Source: Picochlorum sp. SENEW3
Lineage: Eukaryota
DNA length: 64,000 nucleotides
NCBI GenBank assembly: GCA_034226945.1
Contig: CP120459.1
Span: forward strand, 868,001-932,000
Direction: 5' to 3'
Shown here: positions 1 through 12,201 of the stretch, in pieces
How positions within the stretch are numbered: the first letter of the stretch is position 1
Layout of the letters: every line of letters starts with the position of its first letter
Notes under the pieces: model-generated
What the model was told of the DNA's origin: nothing
Database searches by the model: none
Seen by the model: the letters and a program-made list of their open reading frames with translations, nothing else
Translations under genes and position numbers: made by a program

Positions 1-2917
1 TGTGCAACAATGCCTTCCCAATCACCTGCAGCAGCTTTAAAGATCCCCCTCTTTGCATCATTTATCTCTGGCAACTCCGAACACGAAGCAGCAGCAGACA
101 CAATGTCAGCAAATCCCAAATTAGACACTCCATCTAGAATTGATATTGGGATTTTCGTGGCACCATAACTGGACAGCAGAGATTTCAAAGATTTTTCAGC
201 CCTCTCAAAAGATCCAGGAAGGATGCTCTTTGAGTACAGGTGCGCCCAGCCCAACAACATCATGGGAACAGGATCCCAAGCTCGATACGACGACTCAATA
301 GCGCCAGAAGGGTTCCTGTATGCATACAGGAGCCTATCTCCAAGTGCACCAAGAATGGACACAGATGGACCCATCATCGCACTTGCCGCGTGGACGACAC
401 TTCCATCAATACCGGCATAAAGGAACTGATCCATTGATGTTGATACTACCAGAGATGGACCGATCCAGAGACTGGACACTGGAATACCAGCATCCGCAGG
501 AAGGAGGCATGATGAAATCAACTCTAGCTTATCAGACAGGAACAAAACCCTGTCAGACATGGTGACTGCCAGCACACATGGTATCGCCTCGTCTGCACCT
601 TGCATATCAGAATGGTATGTTCCTGCTGGATCCATCAAATTCTGCCATGCTACTTGTATGACAGCAGATGCTGCTGGAAGTTGGTATGCAGCTTTAGATC
701 TCAGCGATCGTGTATTGTGACTATACATTGAACTGGCTTGAGACACCTCCACCAAGCACAATTTATTTCTCATGGTCAAAGCTAAAATCGTCTTTGGAAT
801 CTCTCGCCGCTTCACTTCGTACGCTTCCCATTCCTGCATGGCCGCTTCCTCCTCTTCATCCGTTTCATCATCATCCGCACTATGCATTTCTGGTTTGGGC
901 TTGGGAGGGCCTGGAATCCGAGAGACAGGGCCTCGGAAAACAGCTGCAATTATACCATCTTCTATTCCATGTATGGTACTAATCATGCCTTTTGTGCCGT
1001 GGTTGGCAAGTTTGACTGTGTCGAAAATCATCAAAGACTTCCCAGAGTTTGTCAGGACAACAGCGAGCTCATCTCTAGACCCTGCAAACACTCCATCTCT
1101 TCCTGGGAACCACCAAGATCCTGGAGATACAGCCGCCTGACTATCCAATACAGCTGAAAACTGGAAAGATCCCGCGTGCTCACCTGTCGTAATTCTGGAG
1201 AAGAGCATCCAGACACCCCTCTTGCTACTATGCGCTGTCCTCACCAACATTCTTCCAACTTTTCCCGATTGCAACTTTGGCCTCATATATGTAGAAAGGA
1301 CGCCATGTGCAAGATCGAACATTAAAACTGAATCTGGCGTTGTCACAAACGTTGAACGCGGAAAATGCAATTCAGAGACGGTTCCATCATGAGATGCATC
1401 AGACCCTTGCAGCCAAAAGTATGGTGAGGAGTGCAACGGATGACACGGTGGCGTTCCCATCTCGTCATCACTAATAACTGATATTAAAGGTATCTTGAAC
1501 GTGGATACTGCCACTGAATTATCAGTTGCAGCACTCCAAAACGCCATCATCCCAGACTTGGGATGGATAACACTGCCAGCAACAACAGCAGTATCACTCA
1601 TACCCAGCATACTTTGCGAGCTTCCTCTGCCATTACCATCCAAAGCAGCCCAGAGAGAACTTGGTATAGCGTGACACGATGCAAATGATATCCCAGTATC
1701 TTCACTAATTGTATATTTCCACGCAAAGAATCCCACATTTCCTCTTGCTTGACACACCGCTGCAACAGCAAGGGACCCTTGCTGTACAAATCCAAACCCT
1801 CCAACTACCCCACCTGTCCCTGTCTTCAGAACATGAATCATTCTTATTGTATTCCCGATACTCTCTAGTATACTAACCCCACTACGCTCCGCCTCAACAA
1901 CAATGATAGAGCCACCCTTTTTCTTGTCAACATGAGGAAATGCATGCAATTTCACTCGTTCTTGCGTCGCCGAGAATGGAACTCCATCAATACCCACAAC
2001 AGGAATAAGATGTCCATTGCTAACTCGACACGCCAACACGTCCCCATCAACGGTCAACACATACACCTTGTCTGCCTCTACCGCATCCGCTGCCAACCCA
2101 ACAAACACCTGCTTATTCTCAGTCTTTAATTTATACCCCGCTCGATACATATCCTTCTTTCCGTCTTCAGAACCTCTATTTAAATTCATATGTATAGTCC
2201 TAACAGTCTTTTTCCCCATGGGAGAATAAAAAACTACAGGGCTGTCTCTACTCACTGAAACCGCCAGCATCCCAGAGACCAACGGCCTTCCAGCATACTT
2301 TGGCTCAGCCACTAAAAGCATCTCCTTCTTCCACGTTCTCGTTGACCAAGCAAATATGTTTCTCTCCTGCATCACATCCATACCCAACGTTGAACAATCA
2401 GACTCTAGACACAACTATTCTCCTATTCCCACATACCCTTGTCAACAGAATAAGGTACTCTCCATTCGCAGTGTACCTCAATTTCACTGGAGATCCATCA
2501 CAATCCACCATATTTCGTCGACATCCAGAAAGAGCATCGTATTCGACAACTGCTGCGTTCGTTGCCACAGCAAGAACTTGCAGCGTTGGGTGCCAGCATA
2601 AAACAGAGCCAGCCTCGACATCACCCCCCTATATCAACATATGTACACATGTTATGTAAATCAAGTGCGTCGTAGGACAATGAAAACAACCAGGGCGATG
2701 CCTGATGTTGATCTGTCTTGAAAATACGGACCTGTACTGACGCATCGATCGATTCTCTGGGTACAAAATTAACAAGATGAGGTAATGGATCAATATCTTG
2801 TTCCAAACCTTGCATTTGTTTCGCATGACTTTGGTTTCCTGTTGGATGTTGCTGAGGAATTGTCGTGTTTGGGCGTGTTGCCCCTGTTGAATAGGCAAAT
2901 GGCCTCAATCTCGACAT
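1..2917 (-). CDS. TWD40-1: TPLATE/TSET complex subunit TWD40-1 (TTRAY1) homologue, 3' end beyond window
   Basis: Hand-spliced exons 2917-2732, 2628-2437, 2366-<1 (GT-AG introns 2731-2629 and 2436-2367). Not in the ORF track because it runs off the window. Motifs CWHPTLQVLAVATNAAVVEYDALSGC, PVVFYSP..YKLKTENK, SLWIGPSLVVST and GALGDRLL resemble Arabidopsis TWD40-1 as I recall it (FHPSQAVIAVAVG..EFDALTGC; SLLWVGPALLFST; GALNDRLL). Confidence 0.85.
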
Positions 2918-3125
2918 CTTAATCGACCATATAATTTGTTTTTTTAACAGAGGGGTTGGCGGTGTAGTGGTTCTACATGACAGGATACCGGCACCATCTT
3001 TTTTTTCTTCTTTGCCATGCAGCATGTGTGTCTTTTTTTTCTTCATTGTGCTTGGGAATGCAGGCCTGTCTAGGCATACTGGCCCTTCATAACGCCAATG
3101 GCAAAACCACGAATGTGTTACATGA

Positions 3126-5696
3126 TTAGAATCTCTCTCCATATGCAAAGAACAAGTTCCACTTGCTCTTGTTATTGTCCTTGACAGCCTCTGCTCGAAG
3201 AGCACCGAGTTTCACTCCAGCTCCCAAGGATGAGCCACGTCCTACTCGTCTGTAATACTCTGTTGGGTTGCCAGATACTTCTTTAGAAGACCAAAGGTCG
3301 TGTCCCATTTCATAGAATCCATAGAATTGTTTTCCAAAGATTGGGACACGGAGTTCAATTGCGGCTTCAAGCATTCGTCGGCAGGCTGCCAATTCACCAA
3401 TGTTGTAGCCACGGACAGAGTATGGACCTCCGAGGAGGAAACTGTCGTACACCGGGAGATCTCCAATCGTATTTGCTATGTTTGTCTGTATGACAGCAGT
3501 GATTGGGGGGGATGTGCTTCCCTTCTTTGGTTTTCGGAGCTGGAGGAACCGAGTGGCTGCAACATACATTCTGTTGAAGAATGGAGCCTTGGTGCCGATG
3601 CCAAGGCCTTGATCAACCTGCACATACATATTCAAGTATATTATATACGACCTATAGTATACAGTATACGCGACGAGGATCCTCTGTGTGTATGTCGTCA
3701 AAAAGGTGTGCATCAGTAAAGTTTTTGGGTATACATGTACATGTCATCAATGATGTTCTGTATGAGTTTATGTGTTCTCCTCATCTGCAACACCCACAAC
3801 AAAATAAACACAACGTACCGTGAAAATATCCCTGCTTCCAATCTGCTGGCCATTCACCATGTATGTGGTGTCTCTTGTCAGAGCTCCCTGTGCGTACACC
3901 ATCCTGTCTTTTCCTGTCCCACTCAATGTGGTTGGTGGTCCATCGGCAATGTACTGGCCGAACGCATTTGAGCGCATTCCTCGTGGGCAGAGAGCGCCAT
4001 TCTCATCCAAGCACGACACTTCTTGTGCTACAAGCCCCAAAGACCCTGAGGAGTTTCTTGAATACTGCTCAGAAATGGCAATCTTACCTCCAGCTCTGTC
4101 TACCCACACCACTGGGACTTCATCTCCTGATGGTCCTGGAGTGAATACGCCACAGAGTTTTCTCGAGTTGAACACGGTACCGCTCAACTTTGTCTTCTTA
4201 GGATCATCGAGTCCGTATATGTAGGGCTGTGAGTATATCAAACGGTACGACAAATCTTCTGATGGAGCCAAAAAGTTCTTTGTGTTGATGGATGCTGCCA
4301 AGGTTGCAGCCCTGCCTCCCAAATTCCTGTGTTCGTACGTAATAGTTCCACCTGGTACTAAAGAAACGATGGACGGTCTGTTCTTTTCATTTGGGGCAAC
4401 CTGCCATTCCAGTTCCAGATCAGCAGTCTGAACTGGTTTCTCCCGAACCATGACATCAACCTCAACACGAGAGGGGTCCTTTTCGTTCTGCCTTGGAAAA
4501 ACCTGAACGTTATCAAAAAGATCCAATGCAAACACATTTTGCAACGTTTTACGACCGTCATTCATACTGTACAGAGTTCCAACTTCAACTGGGCAGTACT
4601 TCAAGATGAAGGATGCTGGAATGGAACCCTTCTTCTGGGATGGGTTGCCATCTTCATCGACATACACAACGCCCACCTTGGATGTTCTCCCCTCGACAAT
4701 GTGTGCGACGACATTTCCGGTTGGCATCCCAGTAAAATGAGAAATGTAGGACAAACCAAAGCCTCTTGCCTGATACCATCCCTCAATCACATTTTTGATT
4801 GCTGCCATTGTCTCCATTGTGAATGCTTGTCCCGTGTACGCCTCCAACTTGGCATTTGTCTCCTCCACAACAATTTTTGGCAAAACTTTGGCACCTTCTA
4901 CAGCAAATGTTTTGATCTCTGGATACCTCTTCTCCACAAAGTCAAAAACAACACTAAACTTGCCCTTCTTGTCTGGCAACACCTTTGCATTGACAGATTC
5001 AAACAGACCAGTGTTGTATAATTGCTTAATATCCTGACTGAGCTCAGTTCGAGAGCAAGTGAATCCAGCCTGGCAGTTCAACGATGCAAACAAGTCCTCC
5101 TCTGTAGGGATGCCTTCCCCGACAGGAAGACCTTGAGCTTTGATTTCACTGCAGAAGAAACCATCCCCAGAAGCCCCACCAACATCCTCGTCATCATTAT
5201 CTTCCTCGTCTCCGTCTTCGTCCTCCTCCTCGTCATCTTCTTCATCCTCATCTTCATCCTCCTCTTCCTCATCTTCATCCTCCTCTTCGTCTTCCTCATC
5301 CTCAGCAATAACGTACACTTCCTGGGCACCAGATCCATCGCCCCCTCCATCGCCCCCTTCACCTCCATTATTATTATCTCCTCCACCAATTCCTCCCATA
5401 CACAGCAAAGGAATCGCCATGGAGAAGGGTGCTGCCACACCAAGCCCGAACTTGAGCGGCTCCTCACGCACACTCCCTGCAAAAGCCAATCTATCGATCC
5501 ATCCATCACTTGGATGTATAGAAGAATCCATCGAATCATCTTTGCCGCATTCACAACGAATAGCAGCCACTCGTGCTGTCCTCCTCGACACTCTGCATGG
5601 TGAGGAGGCGGACAACACCGCTCTCACCATATGCCCATTCCCACCACGCATGGAACTACTAGACGATTTACAAACTACATTTCCCGCCACAACCAT
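3126..5696 (-). CDS. TOC75: Chloroplast outer-envelope protein import channel Toc75 (Omp85 family)
   Basis: Exons 5696-3819 and 3617-3126 (intron 3818-3618). Transit peptide, poly-Gly stretch, POTRA region, beta-barrel motifs FLLGGPYSVRGY and SSLGAGVKLG..RAE..YGERF. Confidence 0.93.
3705..3794 (-). ncRNA. Intronic box C/D snoRNA (18S rRNA guide) in TOC75 intron
   Basis: Minus strand: terminal stem ggtg.tgca/tgcacacc, C-like ATGAGGA (3784-3778), D' CAGA, C' TGATGA, D CTGA (3716-3713). The 13-nt element ACCCAAAAACTTT before D is complementary to 18S AAAGUUUUUGGGU as recalled. Confidence 0.8.
5184..5303. repeat. Low-complexity GAR/GAY tract encoding poly-Asp/Glu in Toc75
   Basis: Imperfect (tcc/tca/tct)n run giving EDEEDEEEDEDEEEEDEDEDEEDDEEEDEDGDEEDNDDED. 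Confidence 0.85.
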
Positions 5697-6202
5697 GGTA
5701 AATATTCCGTCTCAGTCAGAATCGCTGTCAATCTCCTCCAGATAATGTTCCTACTCGGAATATTCACGTCTTCTCTGGATCGATGCGGCACTATATAACC
5801 CAGATATACTACAATATCTATAGTAGTAATAATTAATGCCTCGTGGAGGTAGAATACTCGTCACATTGATCAAATGGTCGGCTTTTTGCTGGAGAGCAGA
5901 TCTCGAGATCTGCACTATGGCACTATTGCCATTCATAGGACTCTTCCTCGCGTATTCGCCACAGAATCAATACAATAAATAAAATTCAGTACAATAGATG
6001 CATAGAAGAACGTGTTTTAATTGCTGTAATACCATTCTTTTGATCAGAACGGGCAAAGGAAATGCATAGCATGTGACATTGCATGTTTCCATACAGATTG
6101 GTTCATCATTCACAGCATTTCAACGTATCTTTACTCGACTGTTTATAAAATAATATTTCATAGGAAGCAGTTGTAGCGAGGTCTGTAGCAGTAGAAACAA
6201 GA

Positions 6203-7034
6203 ATGGCCTTGAAGGACTCTGTGAAGAAGCGTACCCATAAGGAACGCTCCCAGCCGTGCGTCCTCGACTCCCATCATGATACATTAAATATTCATTCCAT
6301 TTTGACCATGTTTGTAACCACTGTATTGCAGGTCTAGCCGTCGCAAGTATGGGTTGCTTGAGAAGAAAAAGGACTATCTGCTTCGTGCCAAAGACTTCCA
6401 TAAGAAGGAGGCAGCCATCAAGATTCTGAGGAGAAAGGCGGAAGAGAAGAATCCAGATGAGTTTTATTTTGCCATGGAAAAGTCGAGGACAAAGGATGGA
6501 GTCCATGTAGCACCAACAGCGCAGGCGAACACGTATACAGCTGATGAGATTCGTTTGATGAAAACACAGGATGTCGGGTATCTCACCCTCAAGTCCCAGG
6601 CAGAAAAAGGAAAGATTGAAAAGCTCAAGGAAAATCTTCATCTTTTGGGAAAATCTGCCTCGAATACACACACAGTATTTGTTGATTCAGAGCAGGACGT
6701 TGCATCATTTGATCCCAGCCAGCACTTTGATACCCCGGCTGAACTGCTTGAGAGGAGATTTAATCGACCAAGGACCTCCCAGCTTGCCGAGCCAATCGTC
6801 GTGAGCTCAACAAAAGGAGAATCTCTGGAAAAAGCGACATCGAGAGCGACGAAATCATCGAAAAGAGCATACGAAGAACTGCAACATAGGTATGCCCGTG
6901 AACGGGCATTGGCAAGAACTCGAGATCACCTAGAAGGGCAGAGAAAAGGCATGGCACCAGGTAGAAAGGTCAAGGTCTCGAAACGCGGTCAGAGTGTGAA
7001 GCAATTCCGATGGAAGGCTGAGCGGAAGCGTTAA
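6203..7034 (+). CDS. UTP11: U3 snoRNA-associated protein 11 (SSU processome)
   Basis: Exons 6203-6255 and 6332-7034. Motifs KRTHKERSQP..RRKYGLLEKKKDY..RAKDFH, KNPDEFYFAM, C-terminal FRWKAERKR. Confidence 0.95.
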
Positions 7035-7250
7035 AATATGCATGTGTATATATTCTATATATGCTCGGCGGTGGTGTCATGTAAACCTCCTCCAAAACAA
7101 GAAGATCACAAGCATATACTCCTTCCCAATGGAGATGGGCTGTGACCGGATGATACACAAGGTTGGCAAACGATCTTTACAAGATGCGAGAGAACGCGCA
7201 TACTGTGCATATTTACTTTATCAATAATTGTTTGATATACATATAATACC

Positions 7251-8396
7251 ATGTTGAGGAAGGGAGGGCAGAATCTGCTCACCCGAATGAGGGTTGTGGA
7301 ATCCGCCTGTGCGAGCGGACCATCATCAACACTCGGAGGAGGCATTCAGAATGCGGTATCTTCCATGGATGGGTGCGTTTTTGGATACAATTTGAGTATT
7401 GACATGCTCATATGGGGAGTACATGCGTGGGTGTGGGTGTATGACAAGGGATTCTGCGGGGAGTTTCCGGTTTTGCTTACTCATGGAATAGGCGCTGGAT
7501 GTCGATGAATATGTACTTATGCTTTTGTTTTGTTTCATTATTATTACAGATCCGAGGGGAGCAGGGGTGTATCCACTCTGGCTGTGAAGCAGCGAATGCG
7601 TTCGGTAGGAAATATTCAGAAGATTACCAGTGCTATGAAGATGGTTGCTGCATCCAAGATGAGAAATGCACAGGCTGCGACGGAGCAGTGTAGGGGTATG
7701 CAGGAGCCTTTTTTGAAGATGCTCGGCGATTTGCCAAATGCGTCTGGAGAGAAGAATGTGACTGTGCCAGTCACGACAGACAAGGGTTTGTGTGGGGCGA
7801 TCAACACAATGATTTGCAAGTATACGCGGGCATCCATGCAGGTTGCGAACCCAGAGGAAGAGCAGATGATTGTTATCTTGGGTGAGAAGGGAAAGTCGCA
7901 GTTGCAGAGGGATCGGAGGAAGAAGATTGTTGCCACTGTTGCTGATACGCAAAAGACTGCACTGACCTTTCCACAGGCATGCAGTATTGCAGAGGAGATT
8001 CTGAAGACTGAATATGACGTGGCGAGAATTGTGTTCAATCGATTTGTATCTGCTATTTCGCAAAAGCCGACGATAGCGACTGTGTTGTCGCCAGACTCGT
8101 TGGAGAAGGAAGCAGAGGCTGGGGGGTCATTAGACAAGTATGAGATTGAAGGGCCTGGTCGGGCAGAGCTTTTACAAAACTTGGCAGAGTTTCATCTTGC
8201 GACAAGTCTGTATACTGCCATGCTGGAGAATAATTGCAGTGAACAGAGCAGTCGTATGAGCGCTATGGAGAATTCTACGAAGAATGCGGGAGAGATGCTT
8301 GGCAAACTCACGTTGACATACAACAGAACAAGACAGGCTTCCATTACCACAGAGCTCATCGAGATTATTTCTGGTGCCACAGCTCTGGAAGGATAA
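7251..8396 (+). CDS. ATP3: Mitochondrial F1 ATP synthase gamma subunit
   Basis: Exons 7251-7372 and 7550-8396. Presequence, then KITSAMKMVAASK, DKGLCGAIN and RQASITTELIEIISGA. Confidence 0.96.
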
Positions 8397-8455
8397 ATTC
8401 CCAATATGTAGATTTTGCTGAATTAGATGTAACACGATTTCTTCTTTTATTTCTC

Positions 8456-10249
8456 TCAAATTACACTCACTTGCAGTACAATGGGCAAGAGGGCAAACAT
8501 TGCCCAGGGTATGTATTGAAGTACGCCATGTGCTGCAGATGGAGGTGGGACTCCTGGGGATGGTGGCGTGCTTGTTATTGTGCCCTCGGGTGCTGGTGCT
8601 GGTGCTGGTTCTACTGGGGATGGAGTTGGCGGTGGCGCTCCGGATTGACCCAGCCAATTTTGTATATCGACGACCTGGACTGGCGTTGCACTGTTCAATT
8701 CGGTACCGTCCCCAAGAGGACACGTATTCTCACAGTCAAACTCATCTCTACCCCAACACCACCCTGTCCCGTCAGACTTTATTCCACATCGTGGTCCGCC
8801 ATCACTGCTGGAGATGGAAGCCCATGTTCCTGTTGAGTTGACTGCAACAGGATAATTTGTCTGAGGGCTCCCCTCTGCATATGCCTCACCTGTTGTGTAT
8901 CCCCAACAGTAAAGCTTGCCTGTTTCTGATTCAATAGCACAAGGAATCCTTCCGGCACTGATGGAGCTCCATTTGTTCGCCCCGGCAATGGGAACTGGTG
9001 TCTCATACCTCACCTCGATATCATACATGTAGTAATCATCCGCCGAAAACTCTTCCACCTCTGAATCAGCCGGAGCTGTGGGTTCGCAGAACCCATTGGC
9101 AGTGGGTTGACACAGTAGAGTTCCATTATCTCCCAAGAGACCTCCGTATGCAAAGTCAACATCTAGCACTTCTGAGAGTCCCCACCCAAACCCTCCACCA
9201 AGGCTGTCAATGCCAAGAGTGAAATCTTCTCCGGCAGATATCGTCTTCCATTTCCCTTCCAGTTTGCTTGGAATTAATGTCACTTCCTCGGATTGTGGTG
9301 ACACCTGTTTGTACTGATTATGACCCCAGCACCAACCTTCATCATTTGTCTTTGTTGCACACGTGTGTCCAGTGCCTGCAGACAGCTCTCTCCAGTTTCC
9401 CAGGTCTGAAAACACAGGCATCGGGGTGGAAGAGGACTCATTATTCCCTGTACCCAACTGTCCATAGTCATTCTGACCCCAACAGAATGCGTTGCCATCA
9501 GAGATGGCGCATGAATGATACGTGCCTACCGATAGCCTATCAAACTCCTTTGCACCCACAATGGGAGTCAACTTTTTCAAAACAGACTCCTCTCCTATAG
9601 GGGATCCGTCACCCAACTGGCCATCATATCCACTTCCATAACAGTATACATTTTTGTCGTCAGTCTTCAAAGCACACAAAAACCTGAGGCCCACCCCCAC
9701 TTGCGACCATGGACCCTTGTCAATCAATTTTGGCCTCAACAGAGGTTCTTCTGTCAAGATGTCATTGCCCCAACAGTACAGCTCTGATTTACTAGAAATC
9801 CCACAGAATGTATTAAATCCTGCTTTCATCCTATTCTGAGCTTCTGGGGACTCACCTGCGTGATGAGGAAGATGTGTCAGTCACACACATATCTCTATGC
9901 AGCAACAACAACAACAAGGTAGGGTGGGTGGGTACGTCTCTGTCGCCATGTCACACATACTCCAGAAGCATAATTTGGACGATCAAAGTAGAGCACTTTG
10001 TCCACACAGAATGTCTTGTCTGACCAGCATCGCAGCGATCGCGTGGACCTTGCGGTAAAACACCCCCTTCCGCGTTCTGTACCGTTAGCACATTGCCCCA
10101 TCCCCATGCTGCCACTCCTACCCATGCGTTGTCTTTACATATATATACGTACCTGAAAGAAGGCGGCGCCTTCTATATCGCCGGCATTCTGTTGGTTTTA
10201 GTTGGCATAAAAATAGCAACCACGCAGTGACTAAGAAGAGTACTCTCAT
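8456..10249 (-). CDS. Secreted/cell-surface RCC1-like beta-propeller protein with Pro-rich stalk and putative GPI/TM tail
   Basis: Exons 10249-10153 (signal peptide MRVLFLVTAWLLFLCQL..RRRRLL) and 9855-8456. RCC1/BLIP-II repeats (HSCAI..AFCWGQNDYGQLGTG), PAPAPAP stalk, hydrophobic C-terminus. Confidence 0.85.
9946..10112 (-). ncRNA. Candidate intronic box H/ACA RNA
   Basis: In the 297-nt intron: stem cagcat/atgctg, H-box AGACAA (10021-10016), hairpin tggac-aaagt/acttt-gtcca, ACA at 9951-9949, outer flanking stem ggtagg.gtgg/ccac.cctacc. Confidence 0.45.
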
Positions 10250-10374
10250 GATTCTTTCTCATGCGTATCCAATATACTATGATTCAAGCACTCAAATAAT
10301 TACGAAAGAATATGATCAGAACCAAAAAGTATTATTCTTTGGATGAACTGTCCCGAACACGGCCGAATTTTGAC

Positions 10375-10710
10375 ATCCAGTCACATAAGGAGCACCACCG
10401 CAACGTGACGCACCCCAGGATCTAGCATTTCGGTCGGGGCTTTAATTTGGCCGTATGGACTGTCCGATCAGGTACCGGCTCCTGAGGATCTGCTAGCTAG
10501 TGACTGGATTCACCTCTTCGACCTACAGACTTGTTCCTCCGTGCCATGAAAATCATCTCTTTAGCAACCCTGTACATCTGAGATATAGGCATGCAGGAGC
10601 GGGGGCAGACGCATTGTACGTCTGCGAAGATATTGCAGGATATCTCCTGCTATGCTCCTGCAGGAACAGCACGAAGCACTTCCGAGAGATGATGAGACCA
10701 CTCTACGGCC
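10375..10710. other. Intergenic element with multiple perfect inverted repeats (candidate structured RNA)
   Basis: Pairings: atccagtcac/gtgactggat (10375/10500), atcatctct/agagatgat (10552/10685), tgcaggagc/gctcctgca (10592/10654), gcagacg/cgtctgc, ggccgta/tacggcc (10449/10704). Confidence 0.4.
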
Positions 10711-10764
10711 CAAAGGTTGCGTTCCAAAGATATATTACGTTATATTATTGATAAAATTCACACA

Positions 10765-12167
10765 ATGCGGGTATATCGAGGACGTATGCCGCTGGCAGTG
10801 CCGAAGGCAGCTGGAGCACCACAGGCTTGTCGTTGTAAACATGTTTTCAGGGTATCGCACATTGGGATTCAGCCTGGAGATTTACGAAGATCTTTAATCA
10901 TTGTCAATGCTGCGGTAAGTATCGGCGTTTGCTCTTGCTTTGTAGGTGGGTCGCCGCGGCGACACATGTCTGACGACCTGGAATTCACACATCTATGCAG
11001 GATCCTCACGTACTGAGCAAAATGGAGGAGACAGAGAGGAAATATAACGAATTTCAAGAGAAAATGGCCGATCCGAATGTGTCATCGAACCAAACCGAGT
11101 ATCAAAAGCTCGTGAGGGCCGTCTCAGACATTCAGGATGCGGTAGAAGCGTATCAGTGCTATAAGGAATTGGATAGACAGTTGATTGATGCAAAGCAGAT
11201 GATGAAGGAGTGTGAGGGGGATGCTGAGATGCTTGAATTGGCGAGAGAGGAGGCATCAATGCTCTCTGAAGAGATTGATTCTCTGGGTGATACCTTGAAG
11301 CTGCTCTTGTTGCCAAAAGACCCTCTCGATGATAAAAACATCATGCTGGAAGTTCGTGCTGGTACAGGTGGAGAGGAGGCTGCTTTGTGGGCTGCAGATT
11401 TGATCCGTATGTATCAAAAGTATGCAGATTCTCAGGGGTGGAGAGTCTCAAAGATGAGTGAGTCTGTTGCTGAGGCTGGAGGCTATAAGGAATGTGTTCT
11501 TCAGATAACCGGTGATAAGTGCGTACATGTTTGTATATGTTAATATAGTATGTCGGTTTGATTTCATGGTGACCGAGGTGTTTCGTGCAGGGTGTTCAGT
11601 AAGCTGAAGTATGAAAGTGGTGTCCACCGAGTCCAGAGAGTGCCTGCAACAGAGACATCAGGCCGAGTGCATACATCGACGGCGACTGTGGCAGTCATGC
11701 CTGAAGCAGATGAGGTAGATGTCAAAATAGACCCAAAAGATATTGATTTGACAACCACTAGAGCTGGGGGAGCAGGAGGACAGAATGTGAACAAAGTAGA
11801 GACAGCTGTGGATCTGGTGCACAAGCCAACTGGCATCAGAATTTTCATGCAAGAGGAAAGATCGCAATTACGAAATAGAGAACGCGCAATGACTCTTCTC
11901 AGAACTAGATTGTTTGAGTTGGAGATTGAGAAGCAGCGCTCTGAATTGGCAGCAGCCAGGAAGAGTCAAGTGGGTACAGGATCCAGGTCAGAGAAAATTA
12001 AGACATATAATTACAAGGATACCAGGATGAGTGATCACAGGTGCAAGATGAATTTCGATCTGAATAAAGTGCTGGAGGGGAATATTGAAGATTCAATCCA
12101 AGCAATGTACTTGATGGATCAGCAGGAGCAGTTGGAGCAGTTGCAGAGTGAGACAGCAACCACGTAA
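10765..12167 (+). CDS. prfA: Organellar (likely plastid) peptide chain release factor 1
   Basis: Exons 10765-10914, 11001-11518, 11591-12167. Motifs [27 protein letters not shown] and GAGGQNVNK. Confidence 0.95.
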
Positions 12168-12201
12168 TAGTCATCAATGTTACATATTGAATTCTCAACT
12201 G

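Noticed and set aside
5022..5745. Long poly-Ser/Met ORFs overlapping TOC75
   Set aside because: Shadow frames of the acidic repeat.
7373..7549. 177-nt ATP3 intron with an agtacat/atgtact stem as a snoRNA host
   Set aside because: No convincing C/D or H/ACA boxes or rRNA guide found.
10375..10710. Assignment of the structured element to RNase MRP/P, U3, SRP or telomerase RNA
   Set aside because: Diagnostic motifs (GARAGUCCCC, U3 boxes, SRP helix 8, CCCUAAA template) not found in the right order.
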